Made by a program: the position numbers and the translations under genes. A stretch of 64,000 nt of DNA from a virus. Location of the stretch: IMG/VR virus record IMGVR_UViG_3300044837_000085, positions 1 through 64,000 of that record. One strand, 5' to 3'. The first letter of the stretch is position 1; each line of letters opens with the position of its first letter. The notes under the pieces are model-generated. The model did not search any database. It had not been told where the DNA came from and worked only from the letters and a program-made list of their open reading frames with translations. This document shows, piece by piece, positions 62,249-64,000 of the stretch.

Positions 62249-62683
62249 TCAATGCTGCCTCAAGAGCGCTACAGCCAAACTTCCAAACGCTGTCAGTATA
62301 GAGAGGGCTGATCCAATGATAACCGCGAGCAACCAAACGCCTGATGATTTTCCGCCTGTCTCCCAGCGGAATTGCTCCAGCTTGGCTGTTCGGTCTGAAA
62401 GATCGTTCTTGACCTCTTTGAGCTGCGTGGCGAGAAGCGTAGAGGCCGCATCCTGATTGGCGCGGAGAACCTTTGCCAGTTCGAGATCGAACGTTTGTTT
62501 TTGTGCTGCCAGTTCATTGATGCGCCGGGTTTCGGCTTCTCTCAGCTCGTCCTGCCTCCGATCGCTTCTTTCCCTTAAATCGTCCTGTCGCCGGATGGCC
62601 GCTTCAACGAGGTCAAGTACGTTCTTGGTCGGGTCAATGACCGTCTTGTATTGATCTGGCATTCTCGCCCCCGAAAGGGGCAA
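62249..62683 (-). CDS. coiled-coil protein with C-terminal TM (lysis region)
   Basis: IDPTKNVLDLVEAAIRRQDDLR. Confidence 0.6.
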   Translation of the reverse strand: MPLSGARMPDQYKTVIDPTKNVLDLVEAAIRRQDDLRERSDRRQDELREAETRRINELAAQKQTFDLELAKVLRANQDAASTLLATQLKEVKNDLSDRTAKLEQFRWETGGKSSGVWLLAVIIGSALSILTAFGSLAVALLRQH

Positions 62684-62894
62684 AGGCCCCGCTAGTGAAT
62701 GTCACCTTTGTCAATTTCAAAGCCATTGGCGAGCACGACATCGTTTAGACGCATCGAAGACCTGACTAAATCCTGCGTTGCGTTTGCGAGTTTGAGCCTG
62801 GCTTCATGGAGCTTTGTTTCCTGCTCCGTGAAGTCCCTATCATTCTGCCCGTAGTCGTCATAAAGCCTACGAAGCTGACTCAGTATCGCGTTCA

Positions 62895-63176
62895 TCACTT
62901 TGACCTTACTTCTGCGGCCAAACTCTCAAGCGCGCGGGCTGCATTGTTTGCAGCGATGGCGCTGCCGTGGATCGCTTCGCCTATCCTGTCCGCCGCATCT
63001 ATTCTCTCGTCATAGCTTTCGCGAAGCTGGTTCTCCAACATCTGAATGCGGGCATCCTTTTTCTCTTCGCGCTTCTCGGATTTGTAGAGAAAAACCCAAA
63101 GGATCACGGCTATGAGGCCGGGCGGCCCCCATGCCTTAATAAATTCTTGCAGAATGTCCACTTGGCATTTCCTCAT
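62895..63176 (-). CDS. holin-like membrane protein
   Basis: one N-terminal TM followed by charged tail. Confidence 0.45.
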   Translation of the reverse strand: MRKCQVDILQEFIKAWGPPGLIAVILWVFLYKSEKREEKKDARIQMLENQLRESYDERIDAADRIGEAIHGSAIAANNAARALESLAAEVRSK

Positions 63177-63298
63177 TCCTAGCTCGTTAACTTCTGTCCG
63201 CTAGGAATCATCCCAGCCGTCGATCGGGATTGCGCCCGGTTGGCGGTCAGGGTCGTCGCTGCGCCTCGAACGCAACGGCGGCCCGCCTCTTAATTCCT

Positions 63299-63901
63299 TT
63301 ATTGCCCGTTACGCAGTCGTGACATCTTGTCCTTGGCGTCCTGCATGTCACGTTCGTTCTGCTTGATGAATGTCTCCAACTGAAGAACGCGGGTCTGCAG
63401 CATTGTGTCGTTTTGATCTTTGGATAGTGCCAGCTTGACCGTGGCGAGTTGCCCCTGCAATGACTGCAACTGCGTGAATGCAAGCTTGGAAGCCATTTCT
63501 GCCGATTCCATCGCGGATGCGTTCTGGCTCTTGGAGATGGTGCCAAGCGTCTTGGTTAGCTCCCCGAGGCTTCCGGTGATTTCTGTTTTGATGTCGTTCT
63601 GATTCTTGACCACTTCCCTTTTGGTGTCGTCGATCTTGACTCCGACCTCCTTCTTCACGCCACTTATCGACTCCTCCAGTGTTCGATCTGTGACCAGGGT
63701 CTTGCCGCCCATACCAACCCAGCCCTGCCACGCGAAGCCGAGTACGGTGACTACCGCGATGATGATCAACGCTCCCTTGTAGTACGGACCCATCTTCTTG
63801 TTGAAGCTGTTGACGAGAACAGGATTGTTTTCGCGCAACTCCCGCTTGGTGACGGGATGAGGTCGAGTTCGACGCCGCACCGTCTTCTTTGGTGCACTCA
63901 C
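63299..63901 (-). CDS. membrane-anchored coiled-coil protein (late/lysis region)
   Basis: single TM and long helix. Confidence 0.55.
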   Translation of the reverse strand: MSAPKKTVRRRTRPHPVTKRELRENNPVLVNSFNKKMGPYYKGALIIIAVVTVLGFAWQGWVGMGGKTLVTDRTLEESISGVKKEVGVKIDDTKREVVKNQNDIKTEITGSLGELTKTLGTISKSQNASAMESAEMASKLAFTQLQSLQGQLATVKLALSKDQNDTMLQTRVLQLETFIKQNERDMQDAKDKMSRLRNGQ

Positions 63902-64000
63902 CTGATAATCTGCACTGGCAATGTCTTTGGCTGGACTGCAAGCGTGGCGGCCATCCGCTGGCTTCCCCTGAGCATCATGCGATCACCGAACCAGAATCCA

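Overview
A 64-kb stretch of a temperate, lambda-like alphaproteobacterial (Rhizobiales-type) phage. It appears to be in the excised form, because a putative attP follows the integrase with phage genes on both sides. Layout: (i) 0.5-16.7 kb, rightward early/accessory region with an ArdC-like gene, a DUF3560-methyltransferase, a GGQ-less RF2 mimic and three dispersed sequence motifs; (ii) 16.8-20.7 kb, nested IS1595 remnants and a broken Panacea-type toxin-antitoxin pair; (iii) a six-tRNA cluster; (iv) a long leftward replication/middle operon (Cro, CII-like, DnaA, HNH-AP2, GcrA, CtrA-like wHTH, DnaN, intein-containing DNA methylase, ThyX, replication protein, C1 peptidase); (v) a cro/cI switch with five operators; (vi) a rightward operon of small genes, tRNA-Arg, xis/int and attP; (vii) the leftward end of the late/lysis region. 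The standout feature is a stand-alone RAMP/Cas7-like gene (24222-25068, minus strand, frameshifted in this sequence). It is followed by a UUCG-class hairpin and a 267-nt non-coding array of 5-nt GGY-NN units punctuated by GGCA, which is a candidate non-CRISPR RNA-guided system. Also notable are three intact cargo-carrying IS1595 elements and two transposase-less single-gene cassettes, all with 8-bp target-site duplications, and a tmRNA/tRNA-Ala-like mini-RNA inside one IS. All protein calls come from motif recognition by eye; no database searches were run.
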